Source: Patescibacteria group bacterium | GTDB taxonomy: Bacteria; Patescibacteriota; UBA1384; JBAYJO01 | Assembly (NCBI GenBank): GCA_041665085.1 | Contig: JBAYJO010000002.1 | Span: 83,413 to 147,412, forward strand | Length of the DNA stretch: 64,000 nucleotides | Direction: 5' to 3' | Translations under genes and position numbers: made by a program | Shown here: piece after piece, positions 44,859 through 54,673 of the stretch | Numbering within the stretch: the stretch's first letter is position 1 | Layout: every line of letters starts with the position of its first letter | The notes under the pieces: generated by a model | Told to the model about the DNA's origin: nothing | What the model saw: the letters and a program-made list of their open reading frames with translations, nothing else | Databases searched by the model: none

Positions 44859-47596
44859 AGAAAAATAAACTATTAATTATTGACGGCAATGCCCTGCTTC
44901 ATCGCACTTTCCATGCTATACCGCCAATGATTACTCGAAGTGGTGAACATACCAATGCGGTTTATGGTTTTATAACTATATTTTTTAAGGCATTGTCAGA
45001 AATAAAGCCTGATCTTTGCGTAATTTGTTGGGATGAGGGAAAGAAAACTTTTAGACACAAAGAATATAAAGAATATAAAGCCACGCGAGTTAAACAAGCT
45101 GATGAACTCTATTCGCAGCTTAGTAGAACTCGCGAAATTATGGATTTAATGGATATTCCAAATTATTCCTCTCCTGATTTTGAAGCTGATGATCTTATTG
45201 CAACATTAACCGAGCAAGCTAAATTGAAAAATATTGAAACCATAATTTTAACCGGAGATTTGGATTCTCTGCAGCTGGTTGAAGATGATAAGGTTAAAAT
45301 TTACACAATGCGAAAAGGTATTTCAGATATTGTAATTTACAATGAGGCAGCGGTTAAGGAAAGATATGGTGGACTTGGACCGGAAAAGATGATTGAGTAT
45401 AAAGCTATGAGGGGCGATCCGTCTGATAATATTAAAGGACTTGCGGGAATTGGCGAAAAAACTGCTATTACTCTTTTGGCTGAATATGGCGATATTGAAA
45501 ATATTTATGAAAATCTTGATAAATTAGCTCCAAAAACCAGAGAAATATTTGCTCAAAATAAAGAAACCTTAGAGGAAAATAAATATCTTGTAACAATGGT
45601 TAAAGATGCACCGGTAACATTTGACGAAAAAAAATCTGAACTTCGTAAATTTGATCGAGAAAAAGTGGCAAAATTGTTTCAAGAACTTGAGTTTAAAACT
45701 TTGCTTTCTCGCCTGCCCTATTTTGAAACTAAAAATGCTGATCAAATCGGACTTTTTTCTGAAAAAAAAGAAAGCAGTGAGAATAAAGTTATTAATAAAA
45801 ATTATGAGTTAGTTGCAAATATTGATGATTTAGTTACAAAATTAGAAGCGCAAGATCTTATTTGTTTTGATACGGAAACCAATGATCTCTATGGTGAGCT
45901 TGTTGGGATATCCTTTGCTTTTAAAGAAGATTCAGCATTTTATGTCCCAACTCTTGAGCATAAACAGGAAATTTTAGATAAATTGAGACCGATTTTCAGC
46001 AGCAGCAAAATCAAAAAAGTGGGCCATAATTTGAAGTATGATTATAAGGTAATGAAGCAAGAAGGAGTTGAGGTTGAGTCTCTCTATTTTGATTCAATGA
46101 TTGCGTCTTATGTTTTGCATCCGCATTATAATTCTCATTCAATGGATAACCTTGCTTTTACTGAACTGGGATATGAAACTATGCCTCTTTCTGCTCTTTT
46201 TGATATGGGTGATGGCAAAAAGGCAAAAATTGGAGATATGAGAAAAGTTGATTTGGACTTAATTTCTCAATATTCTTGTGAGGACGCTGATATTACTTTA
46301 AGGTTGGTTAATAGATTTAATAAAGAATTAGATGAGCATCCAAAGCTAAAGAAGTTGTTTTTTGAGGTTGAAATGCCTCTTGTTAAAATACTTTCTGATA
46401 TTGAGCTTCAAGGAATTAAAATTGATGTTGATTTACTAAAGAAAATGAGCAAAGAAATGCACTTCGAGCTTGGAAAAATCGAATTGGATATTTATGATAT
46501 AGCCGGTCGAAAGTTCAATATTAATTCAACCCAGCAGCTTAAAGATGTGCTTTTTAATACTTTGTGTATCAATTCCAACCAGATGAAAAAAACAAAAACC
46601 GGTATTTCAACAGCTGCATCTGAACTTGAGAAATTACGAGGTCAGCATCCAATTATTGAGCAGATTTTTCGTTATCGCGAACTTTCAAAATTAACCAATA
46701 CTTATATTGATGCTTTACCGGAACTGGTTGATAAAAACGACAGAGTTCATACAAGTTTTAATCAGACTCTGACATCAACCGGAAGGTTTTCATCAAGCGA
46801 ACCAAATCTGCAAAATATTCCGATTAGAACTGATGAGGGAAAGAAAATTAGGTCGGCTTTTATTGCCGATAATGGTTATAAATTGATTTCTGCTGATTAT
46901 TCTCAAATTGAACTTCGGGTTGCTGCTGCCATGTCAGGAGATAAAGAAATGATTAAAGCGTTCAAATCAGGTAAAGATTTTCATGCCATTACAGCTTCAG
47001 AAGTACTGGATGTGCCCCTTGAAATGGTTGATCAAGAGATGCGTCGTAGGGCAAAAGCAATAAATTTTGGTATGATTTACGGTCAGTCCCCGCATGGATT
47101 ATCTGAAGCAACAGAGATGACGCATGAAGAAGCAAGAGATTATATTGATAAATATTTTGTTCATTTTCATGAACTTAAGAAATTTTTAGATAATTGCGTT
47201 GAAGAGGCGCATAAGAAGGGTTATACAGAAACTTTTTTAGGTAGAAGACGATATGTGCCGGAGATAAATTCAAGTATTTTTCCTATCAGAAGTGCAGCTG
47301 AAAGAGTGGCGCTTAATACTCCGCTTCAGGGAACAGCGGCTGATATTATTAAGATCGCAATGGTTAAATCTTATGACTTTATTTCAAATAATTCGGATTT
47401 TAAGGATGTGAAGTTATTGCTTACGGTTCATGATGAACTTGTTTTTGAATGTCCTGAATCTCGAGTAAAAAATTTTGTTCCTGAAATTAAGAGAATTATG
47501 GAAAATGCACTTGATCTGGGTGTTTCACTTGATGCAGAGGTGAAGGTTGGGCGTGATTGGGGGACGTTAGAGTCCATAAAGTTAGAAAGTTTATAA
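44855..47596 (+). CDS. polA: DNA polymerase I
   Basis: ATGA overlap with murE. 5'-3' exonuclease N-terminus, 3'-5' exonuclease domain, and polymerase motifs (DYSQIELR, TVHDELVFE). Confidence 0.9.
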   Translation: MKKNKLLIIDGNALLHRTFHAIPPMITRSGEHTNAVYGFITIFFKALSEIKPDLCVICWDEGKKTFRHKEYKEYKATRVKQADELYSQLSRTREIMDLMDIPNYSSPDFEADDLIATLTEQAKLKNIETIILTGDLDSLQLVEDDKVKIYTMRKGISDIVIYNEAAVKERYGGLGPEKMIEYKAMRGDPSDNIKGLAGIGEKTAITLLAEYGDIENIYENLDKLAPKTREIFAQNKETLEENKYLVTMVKDAPVTFDEKKSELRKFDREKVAKLFQELEFKTLLSRLPYFETKNADQIGLFSEKKESSENKVINKNYELVANIDDLVTKLEAQDLICFDTETNDLYGELVGISFAFKEDSAFYVPTLEHKQEILDKLRPIFSSSKIKKVGHNLKYDYKVMKQEGVEVESLYFDSMIASYVLHPHYNSHSMDNLAFTELGYETMPLSALFDMGDGKKAKIGDMRKVDLDLISQYSCEDADITLRLVNRFNKELDEHPKLKKLFFEVEMPLVKILSDIELQGIKIDVDLLKKMSKEMHFELGKIELDIYDIAGRKFNINSTQQLKDVLFNTLCINSNQMKKTKTGISTAASELEKLRGQHPIIEQIFRYRELSKLTNTYIDALPELVDKNDRVHTSFNQTLTSTGRFSSSEPNLQNIPIRTDEGKKIRSAFIADNGYKLISADYSQIELRVAAAMSGDKEMIKAFKSGKDFHAITASEVLDVPLEMVDQEMRRRAKAINFGMIYGQSPHGLSEATEMTHEEARDYIDKYFVHFHELKKFLDNCVEEAHKKGYTETFLGRRRYVPEINSSIFPIRSAAERVALNTPLQGTAADIIKIAMVKSYDFISNNSDFKDVKLLLTVHDELVFECPESRVKNFVPEIKRIMENALDLGVSLDAEVKVGRDWGTLESIKLESL

Positions 47597-47662
47597 AGTT
47601 TGTAAAGTTGATGACCAGATTTGTCATTCCAGACAGGAAGTGGAACGCTCCTGATCTGGAAT
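47574..47662. repeat. 9-mer 'ATAAAGT' periodic repeat array followed by a GTCATTCCAGAC..CTGGAATC hairpin
   Basis: ccATAAAGTtaGAAAGTttATAAAGTttGTAAAGTtgatgacc starts inside the last codons of polA. It is followed by the hairpin ATTCCAG-N22-CTGGAAT. Confidence 0.65.
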
Positions 47663-47740
47663 CTATATTATAATTTTATAATTTTTTTTATTTTCTGAAA
47701 AAGGTCAAAATAAATAATGTTTTAAATATGGAAAGGGCGG

Positions 47741-47773
47741 GAAGATTAGATCTTCCCGCCCTTTGTCGTGCGG
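47741..47773. terminator. Bidirectional terminator hairpin (aagggcgggaag-attagat-cttcccgccctt)
   Basis: Perfect 12-bp GC-rich stem followed by TTT. Lies between the convergent polA and PEP-CTERM genes. Confidence 0.55.
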
Positions 47774-47776
47774 TTG

Positions 47777-48343
47777 TTACCGCTTGCGACGCCACGTGGC
47801 GCCTGCGAGTCCGATGAAGCCGGTTAGGAGTGTTACGATGTTCCCCGGCTCCGGAACAGGATTGGCGAAGATGTCGAGGGTATATGGCTTGTCTGATGGA
47901 ATACTGATGCTCCCTGCTTTCGTCAGATCAAGCCATATAGTCGTTGATCCTTGATCTATCTCGCCATAAACACTGAATTGCGGCCATAGGTCGCCTTCTT
48001 GGTAGAAGTAGACTGGTTGCCAATTGTATGTCTTCCAAGACAGGATGAACTGTGACGGAGCGCTTGGAATTGGCGTGATTGACATTGTCTCTGTGAATGG
48101 CGCCGTCGATCCGTAATGGATCTGTGCGCCGAATCCACCTTCGAGTGAAGCGTTCACGCTTCCCGTGATAGGAAGTATGTGAAATCCGTAGGCGTAGTCG
48201 TTACCACCAACGGTAACTTTGCCGGATGAACAGTTGATCGTGAAATCGACTGCCCAGCCCTTGTAGGAAGGTTCGCCAGCGAAAGCCGGCATGGAAATGA
48301 GACTGATGAGAAGAACGACGAGAACTGTGAATCTGGTTTTCAA
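47777..48343 (-). CDS. Secreted PEP-CTERM-anchored protein, GC-rich (about 52%) foreign-composition gene
   Basis: Signal peptide MKTRFTVLVVLLISLISMPAFA. The C-terminus VPEPGNIVTLLTGFIGLAGATWRRKR is a PEP motif, a TM helix and an Arg/Lys cluster, the canonical PEP-CTERM/exosortase sorting signal. Confidence 0.6.
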   Translation of the reverse strand: MKTRFTVLVVLLISLISMPAFAGEPSYKGWAVDFTINCSSGKVTVGGNDYAYGFHILPITGSVNASLEGGFGAQIHYGSTAPFTETMSITPIPSAPSQFILSWKTYNWQPVYFYQEGDLWPQFSVYGEIDQGSTTIWLDLTKAGSISIPSDKPYTLDIFANPVPEPGNIVTLLTGFIGLAGATWRRKR

Positions 48344-48528
48344 TGTATCCTCCTTGAGCCTCGGGCTTTAAGCCCCGCAGGCGCGCTCCCAAACTTCAGA
48401 GCTAAACTGCCGGCAATTAGAGCTTTCACTCTTAGAGTTCGTTGTCGGCAAATTAGCTCCTTGTTTAAGTAACGGTTTAATATACCATATCTTTATGCTT
48501 TTGTCAAGACAGTGTAAGATAAAATAGT

Positions 48529-48610
48529 CCATAAAGTTTGTAAAGCGCCTCGTTGGCGCTCGCCGTAGAGGCGAGTTCATAAAGTGGAAAGTTTTTAGTT
48601 TAAGTTATGG
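48529..48610. repeat. 'ATAAAGT' 9-mer repeats flanking two small GC hairpins
   Basis: ccATAAAGTttGTAAAG-gcgcctcgttggcgc-tcgccgtagaggcgag-ttcATAAAGTggAAAGTtttTAGTTTAAGTTATGG. The ends are roughly inverted (ccataa...ttatgg). Confidence 0.5.
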
Positions 48611-48646
48611 TTTTAAGATTAAAGTTTTAATTTTTGAGTTATATTT

Positions 48647-49630
48647 ATGGTTTATTTGATTTACGGTGAAGACAATTACAGGAGCGGAAAAAAACTCGAA
48701 GCAATAAAAGAAAAATATCGCTCTACTTGCGGCGATATGAATTTGGTTGAGATCGACGCAACCGAAGCAAATTATGATTTTCTGATTAATCAGATATCGG
48801 CCTCTCCTTTTTTAGCAAATAAGAGGTTGGTTATTATTAAATATTTATCTAGATCAGATCCAAAACTCAAGGAGAGGCTATTGGCTCATCTGAAAAAGAT
48901 ACCAGATTCAACAGTTCTGTTTTTTTATGAAGAATCAATTGATCGGCGCACGAATTTTTTAGATATTTTCATTAAGGCAAAGATTCCAATAGAAGAATTT
49001 ACTGCTTTAAGTCAAATTAAATTAAAAAATTGGATTAAATCAGAGTTTGAACCATCGGGTGTAAATATTACTTCTAGCGCGCTTGAGAAATTAATTTCAT
49101 CTTCAGGCAGCAATCTTTGGAATATGGGGGAAGATATTAAAAAAATAATTAATTATAAGGTGGGACAAAAACATTTTAAGACTGCAGAAAGTTTAGATGT
49201 GACAGAAAAAGATGTTTCTTTGCTGGTAAAGGAAACGATCGAAGTTAATGTATTTCATTATGTTGATTTTTTAATTTCAGGAGATTTGAAAAAATCACTC
49301 GATTATTTGCAGGTATTGCTTTCAAGCAAAGAGGAGCCGATTAGACTTCTCGGTTTAATTGTAAGTCAATTTAGAAGTTTGATTATGATTAAAGATTTAT
49401 TAGATAATAATTCGGGAATAACTTCCGGTATGGTTGCGAAACAAACCGGAATAAATCCTTATGTGGTTTCAAAATTTGTTGGGCGTGCAAAAATGGTTCA
49501 GATGAAATCATTAAAGGAAAAATATAACAGATTATATGAGTGTGATAAGGCAATGAAGACTGGTAAAATCGAGCCGAATTTGGCATTATATTTGCTCACA
49601 GTGCGTCTCTGTGATAATTTTAATAAGTAA
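48647..49630 (+). CDS. holA: DNA polymerase III delta subunit
   Basis: YLIYGEDNYRSGKKLEAIKE N-terminus and a HolA-like domain pattern, 327 aa. Confidence 0.7.
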   Translation: MVYLIYGEDNYRSGKKLEAIKEKYRSTCGDMNLVEIDATEANYDFLINQISASPFLANKRLVIIKYLSRSDPKLKERLLAHLKKIPDSTVLFFYEESIDRRTNFLDIFIKAKIPIEEFTALSQIKLKNWIKSEFEPSGVNITSSALEKLISSSGSNLWNMGEDIKKIINYKVGQKHFKTAESLDVTEKDVSLLVKETIEVNVFHYVDFLISGDLKKSLDYLQVLLSSKEEPIRLLGLIVSQFRSLIMIKDLLDNNSGITSGMVAKQTGINPYVVSKFVGRAKMVQMKSLKEKYNRLYECDKAMKTGKIEPNLALYLLTVRLCDNFNK

Positions 49631-49665
49631 GAAAGATTTTAAATCGCGAGCTATCAAGGAGCGGG

Positions 49666-51186
49666 ATGGATTTTTGGCAAGCACTAAAAATTGTAATTAA
49701 GCAGTCGGGCTTTTATAAAAAGCAGATGATTTTTACTTCATTTGTTTTTTTGTTTGTTTTTGGCGGAATTATTTTTTTCAGAAGCCAATCATTTAATGCG
49801 GCTGAACTTATGAATGATAATAAAACTGATTCTATGTATGGTGAAAGTAATTTTCATTTAACTGTTGAAAAAAATGGCAATGTTTTAGCTGAAGGAAAAA
49901 AATTTAAGAAAATTAATGTTCAGGAAGATTCAGATGTTTTTCATTGGGAGGTTTTAACCGGTAGTAATGAATATATTAGTCGAATGAATATTTATATGGC
50001 ATTACCGGACAATATTTTAGCAAGTGAAGTGAAGCCAAGAATAATTGATCTAAATTATACCAGTAATTCAGGGACGAAAAACTTGGATGATCATACGGTA
50101 TTGTATTATTTTGATGGGATTGGGATGAATAGTAACTTAACTATAGAAATGGAAATTCCAAAAGGAAAGATTAATTATCCATTTACTCAAGTGGCATATA
50201 ATTATCTTTTTGTTCAGAATGTTAACTGGTGGCTTTACGCTAGTGCTATATTGGCAATAATATCTTTCATCCTTATTACTATTTTGTTGCAAAGAAGAGT
50301 TTTGCTAAATAGATCGGATGCTCCGCGTTACGCATTGGATCATTTGCCTTCAGATCTTCCTCCAGCAGTAGTTTCAGTGCTTAAGAATGGTAGGGTGGGT
50401 TCACGAGATATTGCCGCAACTCTGGTTGATTTGGCGCAAAGAGGGTTTATCAATATTTATTCAAGAGGTGCTGATACTTTTACTTTTGGAAAAAGCAGCA
50501 AGCTCGGTTCGGCTAACCCGGTTGGACTTAGAAATTATGAACAAGTGCTTTTAAGTAAAATATTTAGCGAAAGTTACAAAAGTACCAAAGAAGATATTCA
50601 GATGAGGATTGGAAGACATATTTTTTCGCGTAAAATTGCGGAGGTTTATTTTTTGATTTACGAATCAGCAATGAGTTATGGTTTTTTTGAGGAAAATCCC
50701 CAACTGATACATAGAAAATACAAATTGGGTGGGATTTTGATTTTCTTTTTCTCAATGTTTGGGTTTATTGCGACTTTGTTTTTAGATATGGCGCCGGAGT
50801 ATAGCATGTTTGCATGGTTTGCGATTATGGTTTGCGCAATGTACATTGTTAAACTGTCCAGTAAGGTTATGCCTCGAAGAACCAGTCTCGGCAATACTGT
50901 CAGAAAAGAGTGGTTGGCTTATGAAAATTATATCTGTGAGAAGAAACCAATCCCGTTTAATCAGGATTTGACAGCGCTGTTTTCCAAGAATTTACCTTAT
51001 GCGATTATCTTGGGAAAAGAAGTTGAATGGACAGAAAGATTTCTTTCTTATCCTTTCTGTTTGCCTTCGTGGCTTGATTCAACCGAGCAGATAATAAGTT
51101 TAGATCAATTTGTAAATCATCTATTTCCATTGGTTGGATATGTCGGTATCTCTTTAGATGAGGTTCACGAACCAACAGTTGATTAA
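49666..51186 (+). CDS. Predicted membrane protein (DUF2207-like topology)
   Basis: N-terminal TM helix, then an extracytoplasmic domain of about 180 aa, then TM helices around residues 200, 370 and 395. Confidence 0.35.
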   Translation: MDFWQALKIVIKQSGFYKKQMIFTSFVFLFVFGGIIFFRSQSFNAAELMNDNKTDSMYGESNFHLTVEKNGNVLAEGKKFKKINVQEDSDVFHWEVLTGSNEYISRMNIYMALPDNILASEVKPRIIDLNYTSNSGTKNLDDHTVLYYFDGIGMNSNLTIEMEIPKGKINYPFTQVAYNYLFVQNVNWWLYASAILAIISFILITILLQRRVLLNRSDAPRYALDHLPSDLPPAVVSVLKNGRVGSRDIAATLVDLAQRGFINIYSRGADTFTFGKSSKLGSANPVGLRNYEQVLLSKIFSESYKSTKEDIQMRIGRHIFSRKIAEVYFLIYESAMSYGFFEENPQLIHRKYKLGGILIFFFSMFGFIATLFLDMAPEYSMFAWFAIMVCAMYIVKLSSKVMPRRTSLGNTVRKEWLAYENYICEKKPIPFNQDLTALFSKNLPYAIILGKEVEWTERFLSYPFCLPSWLDSTEQIISLDQFVNHLFPLVGYVGISLDEVHEPTVD

Positions 51187-51216
51187 ATCTAGAGTTTGTA
51201 TATTTTAATAATTTTT

Positions 51217-51344
51217 TTTGTCATTCCAGACTCCTATTTCGTCATCCTAGCGACCAGTCTCGCCGAGCCTAGGCGGAAAGCTGGGATCCAGAGAGTTTGT
51301 TTGTTTTTTATACTTCTAGATTCCAGCCTGCGCTGGAATGACAC
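51217..51344. repeat. Composite hairpin repeat (reverse-orientation copy of the 41237-41363 element, plus ATTCCAGC-ctgc-GCTGGAAT)
   Basis: tttgtcattccagac..., then agcgaccagtctcgccgagcctaggcggaaagct (reverse complement of 41321-41354), then ttccagcctgcgctggaatgacacc. Confidence 0.75.
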
Positions 51345-51361
51345 CAATTCTATAATGACTT

Positions 51362-51404
51362 TTAGAAATTAGTTAGAAATTAGGGCAATTAGAAATTAGA
51401 AATT
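51362..51404. repeat. Degenerate tandem repeat of ttagaaatt units
   Basis: ttagaaattagttagaaattagggcaattagaaattagaaattc is related to the heptamer array at 38892-38919. It lies just 3' of lepB. Confidence 0.6.
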
Positions 51405-51407
51405 CAT

Positions 51408-51965
51408 CTAGTACTCTGATTTAAAATGTTCAACAAGACCTATTTTTTCAATTGGCCAAATTCGTAGATATGCGCGGCCAACAATATTTTTTCTTGGAAC
51501 AGTACCCCATTTTCTAGAGTCGGACGATACACCTCTATTGTCTCCCATCACAAAATACTGATCTTGCGCAATTGTAACATCAACATAATCATTTTGTTCT
51601 AAGTATAAAGGTAGATAATCTTCAGTGTATTTTTTTCCATCAATAAATACATTTTTTCCAGTAATTTTGATATGTTCACCGGGTAGGCCGACAATTCTTT
51701 TGATAAATTTCTTCTTTGTTGGTTGCCCGGGGAATTTTAAACCTATAACATCGCCTCTTTGAGGAATTCCAAAAGTGTAACGAGTTCGGTCCACAATTAC
51801 CAATTCACCATCTTTGTAGTTCGGTTCCATGCTCGTTCCCCTGACGATTAAAAATGTGGCAAAAAAATAATTAATAATAATTAATATTGCAGCAAAAAAA
51901 ATAACACCTTTGATTAATTCATAAAGGCATCCGCTGTATAGAAATAGTTTTTTAACAGATTCTAT
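51408..51965 (-). CDS. lepB: Signal peptidase I (S26), 5'-extended relative to the ORF track; no canonical start codon in frame
   Basis: The tracked ORF (51408..51830) starts after the catalytic Ser box. The frame stays open upstream, encoding a TM anchor (VIFFAAILIIINYFFATFLIV) plus RGTSMEP. This corresponds to the conserved SPase I Ser motif (SGSMxPT). An upstream in-frame TAA lies at 51975-51977. No ATG, GTG or TTG lies between that stop and the motif. SD aggagg is followed by ATA at 51965. Confidence 0.55.
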   Translation of the reverse strand: MESVKKLFLYSGCLYELIKGVIFFAAILIIINYFFATFLIVRGTSMEPNYKDGELVIVDRTRYTFGIPQRGDVIGLKFPGQPTKKKFIKRIVGLPGEHIKITGKNVFIDGKKYTEDYLPLYLEQNDYVDVTIAQDQYFVMGDNRGVSSDSRKWGTVPRKNIVGRAYLRIWPIEKIGLVEHFKSEY

Positions 51966-51983
51966 TTCCCCTCCTTATTTTTT

Positions 51984-52286
51984 TTATTTCTTTTTAGAAG
52001 CAGTTTTCTTAGCACCGGTTTTTTTAGTCGATTTTTTAACTAATTTTTTTGTAACCGCTGTTCCCTCTTTTAAAGATTTTGCAATTCTGGATTTAATTCT
52101 TGCCGCTTTGTTTTTTGAAATAATGTTATTTTTTACAGCTTTATCAATTTCTTTTTGGGTATTAGGCATTGTTTCTGTAGTTGATTCTTTTATCGCTTTT
52201 TTGTAAGCAACTTTAAGAGAAGTATTTCTTTTATTGCGAACAATTGATTGTTTTAATGCTTTTTTGGCTGATTTGATAATTGGCAA
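51984..52286 (-). CDS. rpsT: 30S ribosomal protein S20 with Lys-rich C-terminal extension
   Basis: PIIKSAKKALKQSIVRNKRN..ISKNKAARIKSRIAKSL matches S20. The start was re-assigned to a TTG at 52286, 5 nt after SD GGAG. The tracked ORF begins upstream. Confidence 0.65.
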   Translation of the reverse strand: MPIIKSAKKALKQSIVRNKRNTSLKVAYKKAIKESTTETMPNTQKEIDKAVKNNIISKNKAARIKSRIAKSLKEGTAVTKKLVKKSTKKTGAKKTASKKK

Positions 52287-52496
52287 TTTAGCTCCTACAT
52301 AGATTAAAAATGTTTTTGATGTTTTAAATATACCAGATAAAATGTTTTTGGTCAATATTAGCAAGACTCGATGGCTATGTTGGGTTAAGATATGAAAAAA
52401 TGGAGCACACTATTGACTTTTTAACCGAATCGTACTAATATTGTTTAGATGTTGTAAGATATACAGTTCTGAACTCTGGACAGGAGGATTTCAGTT

Positions 52497-52949
52497 ATGT
52501 CAAAGCTAGAAGCACTTACCACCCTTCCGACAATGGTTTTACTGAAGTTTATTGAGAACTTTCGGTTTGACAAGCGAAAGGATGGTTGGGGACTCGAAGA
52601 GGATGTTGTCACCCTTGCGACTCTGAGACTGGACTCTCTCCTTCGGGAGGGTGAGTCCAGTTTGGCCGGGTACACGATAAGAGAACGAGACAAAGAGGAC
52701 GCCGAGGAAAAAGGCGTTTGTGCTGGGCAGCTCCAGGCCGAATGGATGCTTGAGCATCAGGACAAGATACCTGTTGAATGGCGGAGCTTTTATCTGGTGT
52801 TTACTGGCACCGTATGGTGTAGTCCGGGCGGTAATCCCTATGTCTCATATATGTTTTGGGGTAGCGGCGAGTGGCATCTACGCTGGGTCTCTTTCGGTCG
52901 TCGCGACCGGTATGACGACAACTTTTGTCTGGTGCGCCTCGGCAAGTAA
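52497..52949 (+). CDS. Hypothetical cytoplasmic protein, GC-rich (about 50%) foreign-composition gene
   Basis: 150 aa with no signal peptide. SD ggagg upstream. Trp- and Arg-rich C-terminus with no recognisable motif. Confidence 0.45.
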   Translation: MSKLEALTTLPTMVLLKFIENFRFDKRKDGWGLEEDVVTLATLRLDSLLREGESSLAGYTIRERDKEDAEEKGVCAGQLQAEWMLEHQDKIPVEWRSFYLVFTGTVWCSPGGNPYVSYMFWGSGEWHLRWVSFGRRDRYDDNFCLVRLGK

Positions 52950-53294
52950 CGTTTTGGCGCTTGGGAATTTGGGTTTTTTAGATCCTTTGACCCTTGTGTT
53001 CTTATTCTGACCCTCGCTTGGTATAAATACTAGGCGGGGGCGCTTTTTAATTTTTTTCTTTTTTCGTCTCTTGGTATAAATTTTCGAGCTTCGATTTTAA
53101 TTTTAGTATTGTCCCATGTTTTATGAGTTTCAAATAAGACTGTCTGGTTGTTTTATTCGGAGACATAACAATTCTCTTAAATATTATCCTTTTTGTCACT
53201 GTTCGCAAAATTCGCCAAAGCCTTGAACATGGGTGTATTGATCTGCCACCTGTTTTTATAGTGCCGCATTTATTAAATTTTGATTAGTTAATTC

Positions 53295-53322
53295 TTGACT
53301 GAACCGGTTTTTTTGTTATACT
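53295..53322 (+). promoter_or_regulatory. Near-consensus sigma70 promoter (TTGACT-N16-TATACT) for nrnA
   Basis: ttcTTGACTgaaccggtttttttgtTATACTgaat. The 5' UTR contains the hairpin GGACTgtaaatAGTCC. Confidence 0.5.
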
Positions 53323-53393
53323 GAATATGTCATGAGGGGCAATTAAGGACTGTAAATAGTCCGGATAGCCTCTTTTTTTAACTAAATTTATAT

Positions 53394-54587
53394 ATGGAAA
53401 CAACTCTAAATACAAAACAACAGGTTTCAGAGCTGATAAAGCACAGCCAAAAGATTTTGATTCTCACCCATACTGATCCGGATGGCGACGCGATTGGATC
53501 TCTTTTAGCGTTGACTTTAATTCTTAAACAAATGGGAAAAGATGTTACTGCTGCTTACGGAGGGCTTTTATCTCCAGCTTATTCTTATTTGCCTCTTACA
53601 CATGTGACCAATAACTTTGTTGTAAATAAAGATTTTATTATTAAAATTGATACTGAAAATACAAAAATTGATCGGATATCTTATCGAGAGTCAGAAGAAA
53701 AAAAAGATCAACTAAATTTGGTAATTACTCCGACTCAAGGTAGATTTGAAGCTAAAAATATTAGTTTTGAAGAAGGTAAGGCTAAATATGATTTGATTTG
53801 TTTGCTTGATTGCTCTGAAGAAAGTCGTACTGGAGCTATTTATCGGGAAAATCCGGAATTATTTGAAGAAACCCCAATTGTAAATATTGATCATCATCTT
53901 ACTAATACTCATTTTGGCAAAGCAAATTTACACGATCTAAATGCAACTTCAACCTGTGAAATTTTAGTGTCTTTGGCTGAATCATTAAGCAGGGAGAAAA
54001 ATTTGGTTAACGCCGAGATCGCAACATGTCTTCTTACCGGTTTGATTACCGATACGGATAGTTTTCAAAATGATAATACAACACCAAAATCATTTACTGT
54101 GGCAGCTCAATTGGTTGCGGCCGGGGCAGATCAGCAGAAAATTATTCAAAAAGTTTATATGTCCAAATCTTTCCCTGTTCTTAAGGTGTGGGGTAAAATT
54201 CTTTCCAGTTTGACTGAAGAAGAAGAGAACTTTGTATGGGCAAAAATTAATCAAATAGAACTAAAAGAATGCGGTGCAGATAGTACCGCAGTAGAAGGGG
54301 TAAACAATGAGCTTTTAAGAACTGTTCCAGAATCAGATTTTTCCCTTTTACTTACTGAAAGAGAAGATCAAAAAGTTTATGGCAGTTTAAGGTCAATTAA
54401 TAAAAGTTTTAATGTGTCAGAAGTAGCAAAAATTTTCAATGGAGGCGGACATGCTGTTGCTTCGGGATTTCATATAGATAAGCCTTTTAATCAGGCATGC
54501 GAAGAAGCTATCTCGTCAATTAAAGAATATCTTGTAAAATTGAAAAAAGATACTCGAGTCGGAGAAAATAATATTAATGAAATCTAG
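53394..54587 (+). CDS. nrnA: DHH-family phosphoesterase (NrnA-like bifunctional oligoribonuclease/pAp phosphatase)
   Basis: LILTHTDPDGDAIGS and DHH (IDHH) motifs. DHHA1 C-terminal GGGHAVASGF. Confidence 0.7.
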   Translation: METTLNTKQQVSELIKHSQKILILTHTDPDGDAIGSLLALTLILKQMGKDVTAAYGGLLSPAYSYLPLTHVTNNFVVNKDFIIKIDTENTKIDRISYRESEEKKDQLNLVITPTQGRFEAKNISFEEGKAKYDLICLLDCSEESRTGAIYRENPELFEETPIVNIDHHLTNTHFGKANLHDLNATSTCEILVSLAESLSREKNLVNAEIATCLLTGLITDTDSFQNDNTTPKSFTVAAQLVAAGADQQKIIQKVYMSKSFPVLKVWGKILSSLTEEEENFVWAKINQIELKECGADSTAVEGVNNELLRTVPESDFSLLLTEREDQKVYGSLRSINKSFNVSEVAKIFNGGGHAVASGFHIDKPFNQACEEAISSIKEYLVKLKKDTRVGENNINEI

Positions 54588-54588
54588 T

Positions 54589-54618
54589 TTGGTAGAACTT
54601 ATTTGGTAGAACTATTGC
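54589..54618 (+). promoter_or_regulatory. Tandem 13-bp direct repeat (atttggtagaact x2) upstream of rpsO
   Basis: gtttggtagaacttatttggtagaactatt, followed by promoter-like TTGCAA-N17-TACAAT. Confidence 0.35.
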
Positions 54619-54673
54619 AAAATATTTTAATCTATGATACAATTCTAATTGTTAAACATTAAGTACTAAAAAA

